A DNA stretch of 64,000 nt from NCBI GenBank assembly GCA_001782805.1, contig MFPT01000002.1, positions 69,401 to 133,400 on the forward strand, in the 5' to 3' direction. Source of the DNA: Candidatus Magasanikbacteria bacterium RIFCSPHIGHO2_01_FULL_41_23 (GTDB lineage Bacteria; Patescibacteriota; Patescibacteriia; Magasanikbacterales; UBA922). The notes beneath the pieces are model-generated. The model worked only from the letters and a program-made list of their open reading frames with translations. It was not told the DNA's origin and made no database searches. The position numbers and the translations under genes are program-made. Positions 9,655-19,601 of the stretch are shown here, in pieces; the first letter of the stretch is position 1; every line of letters starts with the position of its first letter.

Positions 9655-10914
9655 AAAACTCCAAAAAAGCCCAATTGATGCCCCGCCCATAATGAGCGTA
9701 ATAACCCAACCTAAAATATTTGACGCGCGCGAATTAACATATTCCCCCATTATTTTTTTATTGTTGGCAATGCGCAAAATCACGATCATGAGAATCGGCG
9801 CAATCGCGCCATTCACCACCGCCGTATAATACAGCATTTTGAAAGGCGGAATCTTGGTAAAATTCACCAACAATCCCACGACTGTGGCAATCATAATTAC
9901 CATATAAAATCCATGAGCATCGGAAAATTTCCGATACAAACCTTCTTTCCAATTGAAACTTTCGCTGACCGCGTACGAAGCCGAGCCAGCCAAAATCGGC
10001 ACGGCCAAAAGTCCGGTGCCAATAATTCCAACGGTAAATAACAAGTAGGCAAAGTTTCCCGCCAAAGGTTTCAAAGCCAATGCCGCATCGGCCGCAGTTT
10101 GAATATCAGCGATACCGTGCACACCAAGCGTGGTAGCGGCAGTGGCAATAATAAAAAAAGTAATGAGATTGGAAAAAAACATCCCAAAAAAAGTATCCAA
10201 TCGCATTCGACGGACATCACAATGCCTAATTTTTGGTTTGCCCGCGCCAAAATCTTTAATTTTATTGTGCGCGACTTCTTCTTCCACTTCTTCACCGGTT
10301 TGCCAAAAAAATAAATACGGAGAAATAGTTGTTCCCAACAAGGCAATGATATTTAATAAATATTCGCGCGTAAACGAAATATGCGGTACTAATGTGGCGA
10401 ACAGTATTGTCCCCCAATCCATTTTGACGACAAACGCCGTGGCAATATAGGCCAAAAGTGATAAGGCAAAATACTTTAAATATTTTAGGTATACTTTATA
10501 CGAAACAAAAATTTCCAAAAATAAAATCGTGAAGGTAAAAATTAAAATTAAAATGGAAAAAGAAACGCGTGGAAATAACAATTGTGCGGCCGCGGCCATG
10601 GCACCCAAATCAGCCCCGATATTTATGGTGTTGGCGATCAATAACAAACTAACTGAAAAAAATAAAAGTTTTTTACTGAAATGATTGCGGATTACGCCGG
10701 CCAATCCTTGACCGGTCACGAGTCCTATCCGACCGCACATTTCTTGCACCACGGTCATGAAGGGAAAAGTATAAAGGGCTGTCCATAATTGGGTCAATCC
10801 AAATTGGGCGCCGGTTTGGGTATACGTCGCGATTCCCGATGGATCATCATCGGACGCTCCGGTGATAAATCCCGGACCGAGTTTTTTTAAAAAATGTTTG
10901 ATTTTTTGGTTCAT
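9646..10914 (-). CDS. mntH: Nramp family divalent metal cation transporter (MntH-like)
   Basis: GPGFITGASDDDPSGIATYTQTGAQFG matches the Nramp TM1 consensus (GPGFL..DPGN..T..GA.FG). About 11 TM helices. Confidence 0.65.
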   Translation of the reverse strand: MNQKIKHFLKKLGPGFITGASDDDPSGIATYTQTGAQFGLTQLWTALYTFPFMTVVQEMCGRIGLVTGQGLAGVIRNHFSKKLLFFSVSLLLIANTINIGADLGAMAAAAQLLFPRVSFSILILIFTFTILFLEIFVSYKVYLKYLKYFALSLLAYIATAFVVKMDWGTILFATLVPHISFTREYLLNIIALLGTTISPYLFFWQTGEEVEEEVAHNKIKDFGAGKPKIRHCDVRRMRLDTFFGMFFSNLITFFIIATAATTLGVHGIADIQTAADAALALKPLAGNFAYLLFTVGIIGTGLLAVPILAGSASYAVSESFNWKEGLYRKFSDAHGFYMVIMIATVVGLLVNFTKIPPFKMLYYTAVVNGAIAPILMIVILRIANNKKIMGEYVNSRASNILGWVITLIMGGASIGLFWSFLF

Positions 10915-10978
10915 ATAAATTAAAAATTGCAGTGTTTACAGGATAATGATACCATAATGAAGATAACAAAGAAATCAT

Positions 10979-11380
10979 ATGTATCTCCCCTCAAACACCA
11001 TTATCGCGGCCGGACCGGTCATTATTGAAGATGGCCAAGTTTTGTTGAATCGCGAACGCAAGTCCGATGGCACAGCCAGCGAATGGTGGATGTTTCCTGG
11101 TGGCGGAGCTGAGGATTTTGACATTAGCTTGGAAGAAGTTTGTCGTCGTGAAGCTAAAGAAGAAATGGGAATTGATATTGAAATTATTAAACCATTGCGC
11201 ACACTTTTGGTAAAACGACCAGATAAAGAAGGACTGGCGATTCTTGTTCACTATTTAGCCAAACGTATCGGTGAAATTCAGCCCGGACTGGAAACGTTGG
11301 AGTGGGCTTGGTTTCCCTTAAATGAATTGCCGGAAAAATCCGCGCCAAATGTTGTTAAAATTATAAAAGATTTTTTATGA
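10979..11380 (+). CDS. NUDIX hydrolase
   Basis: Nudix box GGGAEDFDISLEEVCRREAKEEMG; 133 aa. Confidence 0.8.
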   Translation: MYLPSNTIIAAGPVIIEDGQVLLNRERKSDGTASEWWMFPGGGAEDFDISLEEVCRREAKEEMGIDIEIIKPLRTLLVKRPDKEGLAILVHYLAKRIGEIQPGLETLEWAWFPLNELPEKSAPNVVKIIKDFL

Positions 11381-11651
11381 TTTTTGAGTCGCTGGAATTT
11401 AAATAAATTCGTTCGGTGTCAATCATCCCAACCGCGCCGCTCATTAGGTTGTCATCATGTCAGTCAGCGCCGCTCACTCGCAGATAAACTCACTGAATGG
11501 CTCGCTCACTACATTGTCCGCTCGGCTTTGATTATTTACAGTATTACATCAGCCTCGCGTCCAAATCCCGACATGTCGGGACTGACTGACATGAATGCCA
11601 ACCTCACTAATGTCAATGTGAAAAATTCGGTCTACTGAATAAGTAAACTGG

Positions 11652-11709
11652 AGCGAGATCTTTTTCTCGATGCCCGAGCTCGGTCGAGTGGTCGAGAAAA
11701 AGATCTCGC
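11652..11709 (+). terminator. perfect 18-bp stem hairpin immediately upstream of MITE copy A
   Basis: gcgagatctttttctcga ... tcgagaaaaagatctcgc with a 22-nt GC-rich loop. Confidence 0.5.
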
Positions 11710-11712
11710 GAA

Positions 11713-11824
11713 GTTTGCTTAAGACTTAGAAAGCTGAGTATAATGACTTGTTGAGAATGCATAATCCGTCAGACTATCAGTTGAACAAAAGGATATCGTC
11801 GAATTTTGCTTAAGAGTTAGAAAA
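11713..11824 (+). repeat. MITE-like promoter-bearing repeat, copy A (partly degenerate), upstream of glyA
   Basis: Shares the about 55-nt core gctgagtataatgacttgttgagaatgcataatccgtcagactatcagttgaa with copies B-D, in reverse complement. Flanked by direct repeats ttgcttaagaNttagaaa. Confidence 0.7.
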
Positions 11825-11849
11825 AATGAAGTTTATTTAAAAAATTTAT

Positions 11850-13121
11850 ATGTCCCTCCAAACCCAAGACCCTGACATCTACAATTTAATCCAAAAAGAA
11901 ATCGCCCGCCAAAGCGAAGGCTTGGAAATGATTCCATCCGAAAATCACACTTCCGGCGCAGTCTTGGAAGCTCTCGGATCTCGTCTCACCGACAAATACT
12001 CCGAAGGCTATCCGGGACAGCGCTATTATGGGGGTTGTGAAAATGTGGATGTAGTGGAAAATCTGGCGCGCTACCGTGCCAAGGAATTATTCGGCGCCAC
12101 GCACGCCAATGTCCAGCCTCATTCCGGCTGTCCAGCCAACCTTGCTGTGTATTTTGCCTTACTAAACCCAGGTGATACGGTACTTGGCTTGAATCTACAA
12201 CACGGCGGACACATGACTCATGGCTTGAAATTAAATTTTTCCGGTACGATTTACCATAGTGTCCAGTATACTTGTCGTCCGGACGGCTACATTGATCACG
12301 ATCAAATGCGCGCATTGGCCTTGGAACACAAACCAAAAATGATTATCGGTGGCGGAAGCGCCTATTCACGAATTTATGAATGGGCTAAATACAAAGAAAT
12401 TGCCGATGAAGTGGGCGCATTTTTACTCGCAGACATGAGTCATGTCGCCGGACTGGTGGCCGGAGGCGTATATCCGAATCCGGTCGGTATCGCTGATGTG
12501 GTTACCACGACCACGCACAAAACTTTGCGCGGTCCACGTGGTGCGATTATTCTTGCTAATGGTTTGCCCGCCACACCACTCAAAAAAGTGGAACGGACAA
12601 AAGAAAATATTCCGACTCTAATTGATCGTGCCATTATTCCCGGAATTCAAGGCGGTCCGCACAATCACCAAACCGCCGGCATTGCCGTGGCGCTCAAAGA
12701 AGCAATGCAACCGGAATTCAAGGTGTATGCGCAACAAATTTTGACCAACGCAAAATTATTGGCAGACGAACTAATGCAACGCGGTTATTCCATTGTCACC
12801 GGAGGCACGGAATCGCATTTGATGCTGATTGATTTGACCAATAAAAATTTAACCGGAAAAATTGCCGAAGCCACACTTGGAAAAGCGGGTATTACGGTCA
12901 ACAAAAATACCATTCCCTTTGATCCGCGTCCCCCATTTGACCCTTCCGGCATTCGTCTCGGCACACCGGCCTTGACCACGCGGGGCATGAAAGAAGCGGA
13001 AATGAAAATAATTGCCGGTTTTATTGACCGTGCGCTTGGGAATGCGGAAAATGAGATTGAACTTGCCAAAATTCGAGGAGAGGTGATGGAGATGTGTAAA
13101 TCATTTCCGTTGCCCATATAA
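11850..13121 (+). CDS. glyA: serine hydroxymethyltransferase
   Basis: Full-length SHMT with PLP-lysine region TTTTHKTLRGPRGA and other conserved blocks. Confidence 0.95.
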   Translation: MSLQTQDPDIYNLIQKEIARQSEGLEMIPSENHTSGAVLEALGSRLTDKYSEGYPGQRYYGGCENVDVVENLARYRAKELFGATHANVQPHSGCPANLAVYFALLNPGDTVLGLNLQHGGHMTHGLKLNFSGTIYHSVQYTCRPDGYIDHDQMRALALEHKPKMIIGGGSAYSRIYEWAKYKEIADEVGAFLLADMSHVAGLVAGGVYPNPVGIADVVTTTTHKTLRGPRGAIILANGLPATPLKKVERTKENIPTLIDRAIIPGIQGGPHNHQTAGIAVALKEAMQPEFKVYAQQILTNAKLLADELMQRGYSIVTGGTESHLMLIDLTNKNLTGKIAEATLGKAGITVNKNTIPFDPRPPFDPSGIRLGTPALTTRGMKEAEMKIIAGFIDRALGNAENEIELAKIRGEVMEMCKSFPLPI

Positions 13122-13142
13122 GATCTATCAATTGAACAAGAT

Positions 13143-14153
13143 ATGGCAAATAAAAATAATTCCGTTGGGATAATTATCTATGAAGGTGCGGATGGAGCAC
13201 CTAGTATTGATGTACGTGTTGAAAATGAAACCGTATGGCTTACGCAGGCCCAACTTGCGGAGCTATTCAATACATCTCGCCCCAATATCACGATGCATAT
13301 TAAAAACATCTTTGATGAAGGTGAATTGAGTGAGGTTTCAGTATGTAAGGATTTCTTACACACTGCTACTGATGGCAAGAAATATAACACCAAATCTTAT
13401 AACCTCGATCTTATAATTTCTCTTGGATACAGGATAAAATCTGATATTGCCACTCGCTTTCGCCAATGGGCAACCGAACGTCTTCGTGAGTACCTCATCA
13501 AAGGCTTTACGATGAATGACGAGTTTCTCAAAGAAAATGGCGGGGGCAAATATTGGTATGAACTGCTTGATCGTATTCGTGATATTCGTAGTAGTGAAAA
13601 AGTTTTATATCGTCAGGTGCTCGACCTGTACGCCACGAGTATTGATTACAATCCCAAAGCCTTGGAATCTATTAAGTTTTTTAAGATTGTACAAAATAAA
13701 CTGCACTACGCTGCCCACGGGAACACTGCTGCTGAGGTGATTGTTGCACGAGCAAACGCCGGTAAGCCATTTATGGGTTTGCTGAGTTTTTCAGATGGAG
13801 GGGTAAGTAAAAAAGATATTGCTATTGCAAAAAATTACCTTGATGAGAAAGAGTTAAAAGTGTTGAACAATATTGTCTCTGCGTTTTTTGACTTGGCAGA
13901 AGTGAGAGCAATGGAACATGAGCCAATGTATATGAAAGATTGGATTGCCCAACTCGATAAATTGATTGGTGTATTTGACAAAAAAGTCCTGACGGAGGCT
14001 GGTTCTGTGAGCCATAGTGAGGCGCTGAAAAAAGCTGAAGTGGAGTATAAAAAATTTCAAGCCAAAACGCTTTCTCCCGTCGAAAAAGCCTATCTGGAAA
14101 ATATTAAATTGCTGGAAAAAAAGGTAGAGAAAAAAATAAAAGATAAAAATTAG
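13143..14153 (+). CDS. RhuM family (virulence-associated / DNA-binding) protein
   Basis: N-terminal ETVWLTQAQLAELFNTSRPNITMHIKNIFDEGEL matches the RhuM family signature. Codon usage visibly differs from its neighbours. Confidence 0.65.
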   Translation: MANKNNSVGIIIYEGADGAPSIDVRVENETVWLTQAQLAELFNTSRPNITMHIKNIFDEGELSEVSVCKDFLHTATDGKKYNTKSYNLDLIISLGYRIKSDIATRFRQWATERLREYLIKGFTMNDEFLKENGGGKYWYELLDRIRDIRSSEKVLYRQVLDLYATSIDYNPKALESIKFFKIVQNKLHYAAHGNTAAEVIVARANAGKPFMGLLSFSDGGVSKKDIAIAKNYLDEKELKVLNNIVSAFFDLAEVRAMEHEPMYMKDWIAQLDKLIGVFDKKVLTEAGSVSHSEALKKAEVEYKKFQAKTLSPVEKAYLENIKLLEKKVEKKIKDKN

Positions 14154-14201
14154 TAATTAATTCAGATATGCCGTAACGTTCAAGGACTTATTGAATTACA
14201 A

Positions 14202-14633
14202 ATGGCAAAATTCATATCTAAATCAAATACCGAAACCATTTCTATTGCCAAAAAATTCGCCGGCATTCTTCTTGGCGGTGAAGTCATCACTCTGTCCGGC
14301 GAATTGGGAACAGGCAAAACCGTCTTTGTCAAAGGTTTGGCACAAGCATTGGGAGTGACGAAGGAAATTGTCAGTCCGACTTTTGCGATTATGAATATGC
14401 TGCCGGCAAACAAAAACAAAATAAAAGCACTGGTCCATGTGGATACTTATCGTTTGAAAAATGAAAAAGAGTTGAAGGAAATCGGATTCGGTGATTACCT
14501 GGGCGCGTCCGATACGGTCTGCGTAATTGAATGGCCGGAACTGGCGAAGGGATTACTACCAAAAAAAATAATCTCCGTTACAATTACACACGGAGATAAT
14601 CAGAATGTACGAAACATCACAATCAAAAAATAA
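14202..14633 (+). CDS. tsaE: tRNA threonylcarbamoyladenosine biosynthesis ATPase TsaE
   Basis: SGELGTGKTVFVKG P-loop and VSPTF motif typical of YjeE/TsaE; 143 aa. Confidence 0.8.
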   Translation: MAKFISKSNTETISIAKKFAGILLGGEVITLSGELGTGKTVFVKGLAQALGVTKEIVSPTFAIMNMLPANKNKIKALVHVDTYRLKNEKELKEIGFGDYLGASDTVCVIEWPELAKGLLPKKIISVTITHGDNQNVRNITIKK

Positions 14634-14670
14634 TCCATCCACTTCAGACTTCGGAGCATCCTTGAATTTT

Positions 14671-15762
14671 TTATTTCACCCCAAAAAAAGCCTGATAAAC
14701 CTTCAACGCCATCCACTCCTTAAATTTTCGCCACCGACCGCGCGCGACCCATTGCTTATCTTCCAAAATTTTCGCGTCGTCAATCCATTCCAACACAATT
14801 TCTTTTATTTTTTTGACAAATTTAGGATCGCGCGTCAAAAGATTGGCTTCGTGATTGTAAAAAAAACTGTTTTGATCAATGTTACTGCTCCCCACCATCG
14901 TCCAATCATCGTCCACAATCAGTCCTTTACCATGCATCATTTTGTTCAAAAAATGAATCCGCACACCGGCGCGACGCATGATGCCAAACCAGGTAAACGC
15001 GGCCGCGGTCGCGATCCGCAAATCGCTGCGAAATGGAATTAGCAGATCAACGCGCACTCCCCTTTTTTTTGCTTGCCACAAAGCCTTCAAAAAACCCAAA
15101 TCCGGAAAATAATAGGGAGAAAATAAAATCACCCGTTCACGCGCCTTGTACAGCGCGCGCAGATATTGATCCCGTACCCGCGAGCCTTTCGTATTCGGCT
15201 CATCGTAAATGATATCAAACTCATCATGCATCACTCGAAAGCGATATTTCAGCAAATGCCGAACCGCATTTTTATCGCCACCGCAAATAATATATGATTT
15301 TGCAAATGAACGCAAAAGCGATCGAACGACTTTTCCCTCCAGTCGAACATGGATATCCAGCCAATCGCGCATGGAATGATTAACATTGACTCCCCCGATA
15401 AAACCAACAGTTTCGTCCACAATCAAAATTTTGCGATGAGTACGCGAGGAAAAAATTCCCCACCACACCAAATGTCGCCGTTTTTTATCTTCAAAAAGTC
15501 GAATGTCAATGCCCAAAGCACGCAATTCAGCAATTTTTTTATTTGATATGGCGAGACTACCCCAATAATCAAAAATTAATTTGATATCTACTCCCGCCTT
15601 CGCTTTTTCAATTAAAATCGCCAAAAATTCCCGACCGATTTCATCATCGGTAAACAAATAAACTTCCCAATATATGGAACGCGTAGCCGCGCGCAAAGAC
15701 GTAGCCATGGCCGTCCAAGCTTCTTTGGTGGTGGAATAAATTTGATAATTTGATGTTGCCAC
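14671..15762 (-). CDS. cls: phospholipase D family protein (cardiolipin synthase-like)
   Basis: Two HKD motifs: HRKILIVD and HGKGLIVDDDWTMVGSSNID. Confidence 0.8.
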   Translation of the reverse strand: MATSNYQIYSTTKEAWTAMATSLRAATRSIYWEVYLFTDDEIGREFLAILIEKAKAGVDIKLIFDYWGSLAISNKKIAELRALGIDIRLFEDKKRRHLVWWGIFSSRTHRKILIVDETVGFIGGVNVNHSMRDWLDIHVRLEGKVVRSLLRSFAKSYIICGGDKNAVRHLLKYRFRVMHDEFDIIYDEPNTKGSRVRDQYLRALYKARERVILFSPYYFPDLGFLKALWQAKKRGVRVDLLIPFRSDLRIATAAAFTWFGIMRRAGVRIHFLNKMMHGKGLIVDDDWTMVGSSNIDQNSFFYNHEANLLTRDPKFVKKIKEIVLEWIDDAKILEDKQWVARGRWRKFKEWMALKVYQAFFGVK

Positions 15763-15783
15763 AATTATTGATTGTGAGAATGA

Positions 15784-17415
15784 TTATTTTTTAGCCGCTT
15801 TTATAAATTCCCGAAACAGAGGATGCGGGCGCATGGGACGCGATTTGAATTCCGGATGAAATTGCGTGCCCACAAAAAAAGGATGATCAGATAACTCAAC
15901 AATTTCCACCAAATCAGTTTCCGGATTTATTCCTACCACTTGCAATCCGGCCGCATCCATTTCCGCGCGATAGGCATTATTAAATTCATAACGATGCCGA
16001 TGACGCTCGGAAATCAAATCCATTTCGTAAGCTTTTTGCGTTTTGGTTCCCTGCCGAAGCGCGCAATCATACGCTCCCAAGCGCATGGTTCCTCCATATT
16101 TATTAGTGCGTACATTTTTGGCCTGCACCGGATTGATGAATATAATCGGATCCGTTGTTTGTGGATTGACTTCCACTGTATTCGCGTCTTTTTTCCCCAA
16201 AACATTACGCGCAAATTCTATAGTCGCGAGTTGCATACCATAACACAAACCCAAAAAAGGAATTTTATGTTCTCGCGCGTATTGGATGGCGCGAATAATT
16301 CCTTCAATTCCCCGCGTGCCAAATCCGCCCGGCACAATAACCCCATCATATCTGGAAAGTTTTTTAATACTATTTTCATCGCGTTCAAATTCTTCAGAAT
16401 CAATCCAATCTAAAATTGGTTTACGATCATTGAACCATGCCGCGTGTTTGATTGATTCAATGACCGAATGATACGAATCAGCCAATGTATAATCTCCCGT
16501 GCCAAAATATTTTCCCACCACGGCAATTTTTACTTCACGCGTGGAAGATTGAATTCTTTTGAGAAAATCCTGCCATGGCTTAAGATTACTTGGTCTGGTT
16601 TTAAGATTAAGAATTTTTAATAATTTATTGCCTAAATTTTGCTCCTCCAAAGTCAAAGGGATTTGATAAATTGAGGGAACATCGGGCGCGGAAATACAAT
16701 GCTCCGGCTTGACGCCGCAAAAAACCGCCAATTTTTCCAAACGCGGTTTGTCCAGCGCATATTCGCCACGCGCGATAATCACATCCGAATTTATGCCCAC
16801 GCTATTGAGCGCTCGCGCCGCGTGTTGTGTTGGTTTGGTTTTCATTTCTCCCAAATGCGAGGGAATGGGTAAATAACTGACCAAAACAAACGCCACATCC
16901 GCGGGATTGGCCAGCTTCATCATGCGCGCCGCTTCCAAAAATAAAATATTTTCATATTCCCCCACTGTTCCGCCCACTTCAATTATCGTTATTTCGGCGC
17001 GATGATTTTTCGCCGCGGTGGCAATGCGCCTAATTACTTCTTTGGGAACATCCGGCACCACTTGTACGCATTTTCCCTTATATTTCATCGCACGTTCATT
17101 TTCAATGACGGTCAAATACACTCGACCAGTAGTCATATAACTGTTGGAATCAAGATCAACATCCAAAAATCGCTCGTAATTCCCCATATCCTGATCGGTT
17201 TCATCCCGATCATCAGTCACAAACACTTCACCGTGTTCAATGGGGTTCATCGTGCCTGCATCGACATTAACATAAGGATCAATTTTCAGAGCAGTCACGC
17301 GCATTCCTTTGGCTTTAAAAATTGCACCGAGAGAGGCAGTGGTCACGCCTTTTCCTACTCCGGACAAAACACCGCCGACCACGAAAATAAACTTAGGATG
17401 ATGTGATTTTGACAT
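15784..17415 (-). CDS. pyrG: CTP synthase
   Basis: N-terminal FVVGGVLSGVGKG and C-terminal glutamine amidotransferase domain (GLCYGMQ); 543 aa. Confidence 0.95.
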   Translation of the reverse strand: MSKSHHPKFIFVVGGVLSGVGKGVTTASLGAIFKAKGMRVTALKIDPYVNVDAGTMNPIEHGEVFVTDDRDETDQDMGNYERFLDVDLDSNSYMTTGRVYLTVIENERAMKYKGKCVQVVPDVPKEVIRRIATAAKNHRAEITIIEVGGTVGEYENILFLEAARMMKLANPADVAFVLVSYLPIPSHLGEMKTKPTQHAARALNSVGINSDVIIARGEYALDKPRLEKLAVFCGVKPEHCISAPDVPSIYQIPLTLEEQNLGNKLLKILNLKTRPSNLKPWQDFLKRIQSSTREVKIAVVGKYFGTGDYTLADSYHSVIESIKHAAWFNDRKPILDWIDSEEFERDENSIKKLSRYDGVIVPGGFGTRGIEGIIRAIQYAREHKIPFLGLCYGMQLATIEFARNVLGKKDANTVEVNPQTTDPIIFINPVQAKNVRTNKYGGTMRLGAYDCALRQGTKTQKAYEMDLISERHRHRYEFNNAYRAEMDAAGLQVVGINPETDLVEIVELSDHPFFVGTQFHPEFKSRPMRPHPLFREFIKAAKK

Positions 17416-17569
17416 ATAAATTTGTTATTTTTTATGGCACAATTATACCATGTTTCAAAAAATAAGAAACCATCGCAGGAAGGGTTTAAATGTCAGAAAA
17501 TGACACAGAAAATGAGGTCTTGAAAAAATGGCTAAGATACGGTACTATAGAGATTATCTATAAATTTTT

Positions 17570-18421
17570 ATGAAATCAGGTTTTGCTATTCTTATCGGTC
17601 GATCAAACGTGGGCAAGTCCACACTCATGAACACATTGGTAGGAACCAAAATTTCCGCGACCAGTTTTCGCGCCCAAATGACCCGTGATATTATTCATGG
17701 CGTGGTAAATAGTCCTGAAGGACAAGCGGTTTTTATTGACACACCGGGAATTTTTAAGGATAAAAAAAGCTCATTAAGCGGCAAATTAGTCAATAAAGCC
17801 GAAACCGCAATCGAGGGAGTGGACGTTATTATTTATGTAGTAGATCCCACGCGCGAAATTGGACCGGAAGAACGCGCGACGTTTGGCATCATCAGGCATT
17901 TACAAATTCCCAAAATTTTAGTTATCAATAAAAGTGATTTACCTTTGGATGAACGCAAATACCAGGCTGATTACGAAGCCATGGGACGAGATGTGAGTGC
18001 GGTTTATTCTTTGTCAGCCTTGCGCGCCCGCCATATTGAACCACTAAAAGAAAAAATAATCAGTCTTTTGCCCGAAGGCGAGCCAATGTATCCCGAAGGA
18101 CAGTTAACTAATGTCGATAATCACTTTTGGGTGGCTGAGCTTATTCGGGAAAAAGTTTTTTCCGTGTTGGATAAAGAAGTACCCTATTCAATTACGGTAA
18201 AAACTGAATCAATTGAGGAAAAAGAAGGGGTGATGGTTATAAGCGCAAAAATTTTAACTGATGAAGAGCGCTACAAACGGATTATTATTGGCACGCGTGG
18301 TGCGCGAATTAAGGAAATCGGTCAACTTGCTCGCCGCGAATTGGAACAAGCACTCGGCACAAAAATATTTTTGGAGCTGGAAGTAGAAGTGGATAAACAC
18401 TGGATAGAACGGGTGGAATAG
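17570..18421 (+). CDS. era: GTPase Era
   Basis: G1 GRSNVGKST, G3 DTPG, G4 NKSD, C-terminal KH domain; 283 aa. Confidence 0.9.
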   Translation: MKSGFAILIGRSNVGKSTLMNTLVGTKISATSFRAQMTRDIIHGVVNSPEGQAVFIDTPGIFKDKKSSLSGKLVNKAETAIEGVDVIIYVVDPTREIGPEERATFGIIRHLQIPKILVINKSDLPLDERKYQADYEAMGRDVSAVYSLSALRARHIEPLKEKIISLLPEGEPMYPEGQLTNVDNHFWVAELIREKVFSVLDKEVPYSITVKTESIEEKEGVMVISAKILTDEERYKRIIIGTRGARIKEIGQLARRELEQALGTKIFLELEVEVDKHWIERVE

Positions 18422-18485
18422 CAATTGACAGCCGAATTTTAAATGATATACTAAATTATACCATTTATTTATTTTAAGGAGGAAT

Positions 18486-18893
18486 ATGTCAAAAGATACT
18501 ATAACCAAGTCAGAAATCACTACCATCCAGAGTGATATTAAAGTTATTAAAAAATCCGTTTGCCAAGTAGAAAAAAAAATTGATGGTTTGGAAAAGCGAT
18601 TTGACGTGCTAGAAACACGAGTTAGCGTTGTGGAGACTAAACTTGATTTTGTTATTGATGAAGTCGGCGTTTTGAAGGAAGATATGGAATATGTTAAAGA
18701 TTTTCTGGCGAACGAGGTAATGACCAAGCAGGACAAAAATGAAATTATGTCGACTTTAGATGTATTGGTCGGTTTTTATAAAAAATCAGAACAGGAACAA
18801 ACACTCCAAACCTACCGAATTCGAGAACATACAGAAATATTAGAAAAACATGATAAAGAGATTAAAAATCTGCAATTGGCTGTTGCCACATAA
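18486..18893 (+). CDS. coiled-coil hypothetical protein
   Basis: Strong RBS (AAGGAGG 6 nt upstream). Heptad-repeat sequence. Stop codon 3 bp before the next gene. Confidence 0.45.
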   Translation: MSKDTITKSEITTIQSDIKVIKKSVCQVEKKIDGLEKRFDVLETRVSVVETKLDFVIDEVGVLKEDMEYVKDFLANEVMTKQDKNEIMSTLDVLVGFYKKSEQEQTLQTYRIREHTEILEKHDKEIKNLQLAVAT

Positions 18894-18896
18894 TCT

Positions 18897-19592
18897 ATGG
18901 CCAGCTTCTCCTCCAATCCTGGAAAAAATATTGTCATTGAAGTAGCGGGGATACAGTACGAACGGTATCCAATAAAAACCCATGTTATAAAGATCAAGGA
19001 AAATTTGACCGAAATTTTAAAACAATATGTTGCTCCGCATCTCCAGCCAGGAGACTTAATTTTCATCAGTGAAAAAATCGTGGCAATTTCTCAAGGACGT
19101 TCATATCCGATTGCGGAAATTAAAGTGAGTAAAATTGCCACATTCTTATCAGGCAAGGTATACAAATCTCCGTATGGAATTGGCCTGGGTAGTCCTTGGA
19201 CAATGCAACTGGCATTGAACGAAGTGGGATATGGACGAATTGGTTTGGGAATTCTCGTTCATCTTTTGTTTAAACCGTTTGGTATCAAAGGAATGTTTTA
19301 TCGCGTTGTTGGTCGAACAGTTGCCGCGATTGATGGCCCCTGCGATTATACGCTTCCGCCGTACAACAAATACGCCAAGCTGGGACCAAAAGATCCGGAT
19401 AAAGTCGCTCAACAATTAAAAAATTACATTGGCCACGATGTTGTAATAATCGACGCCAATGATTTGGGAGTGAATATTTTAGGAAGTTCAACAAAAAATA
19501 TCCAGCGAGAAACTTTAGCTGCTATTTTCAAAGATAATCCTTTGGGACAAACCAGTGAACAAACACCGATTGCGATTGTACGAAAAATTTAA
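18897..19592 (+). CDS. CofE/F420-0 gamma-glutamyl ligase-like domain protein
   Basis: PGDLIFISEKIVAISQGR resembles the PF01996 core (GDxVxVxxKxVSKAEGR); 231 aa. Family assignment is tentative. Confidence 0.35.
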   Translation: MASFSSNPGKNIVIEVAGIQYERYPIKTHVIKIKENLTEILKQYVAPHLQPGDLIFISEKIVAISQGRSYPIAEIKVSKIATFLSGKVYKSPYGIGLGSPWTMQLALNEVGYGRIGLGILVHLLFKPFGIKGMFYRVVGRTVAAIDGPCDYTLPPYNKYAKLGPKDPDKVAQQLKNYIGHDVVIIDANDLGVNILGSSTKNIQRETLAAIFKDNPLGQTSEQTPIAIVRKI

Positions 19593-19601
19593 AATAAAAA
19601 A

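Noticed and set aside
11384-11638. 84-aa ORF between NUDIX and glyA
   Set aside because: No RBS and odd composition. It overlaps long inverted repeats, so it is more likely non-coding.
15940-17406. Antisense ORFs inside pyrG (15940-16413, 17002-17406 and others)
   Set aside because: They overlap a highly conserved CDS on the opposite strand and translate to low-complexity sequence.
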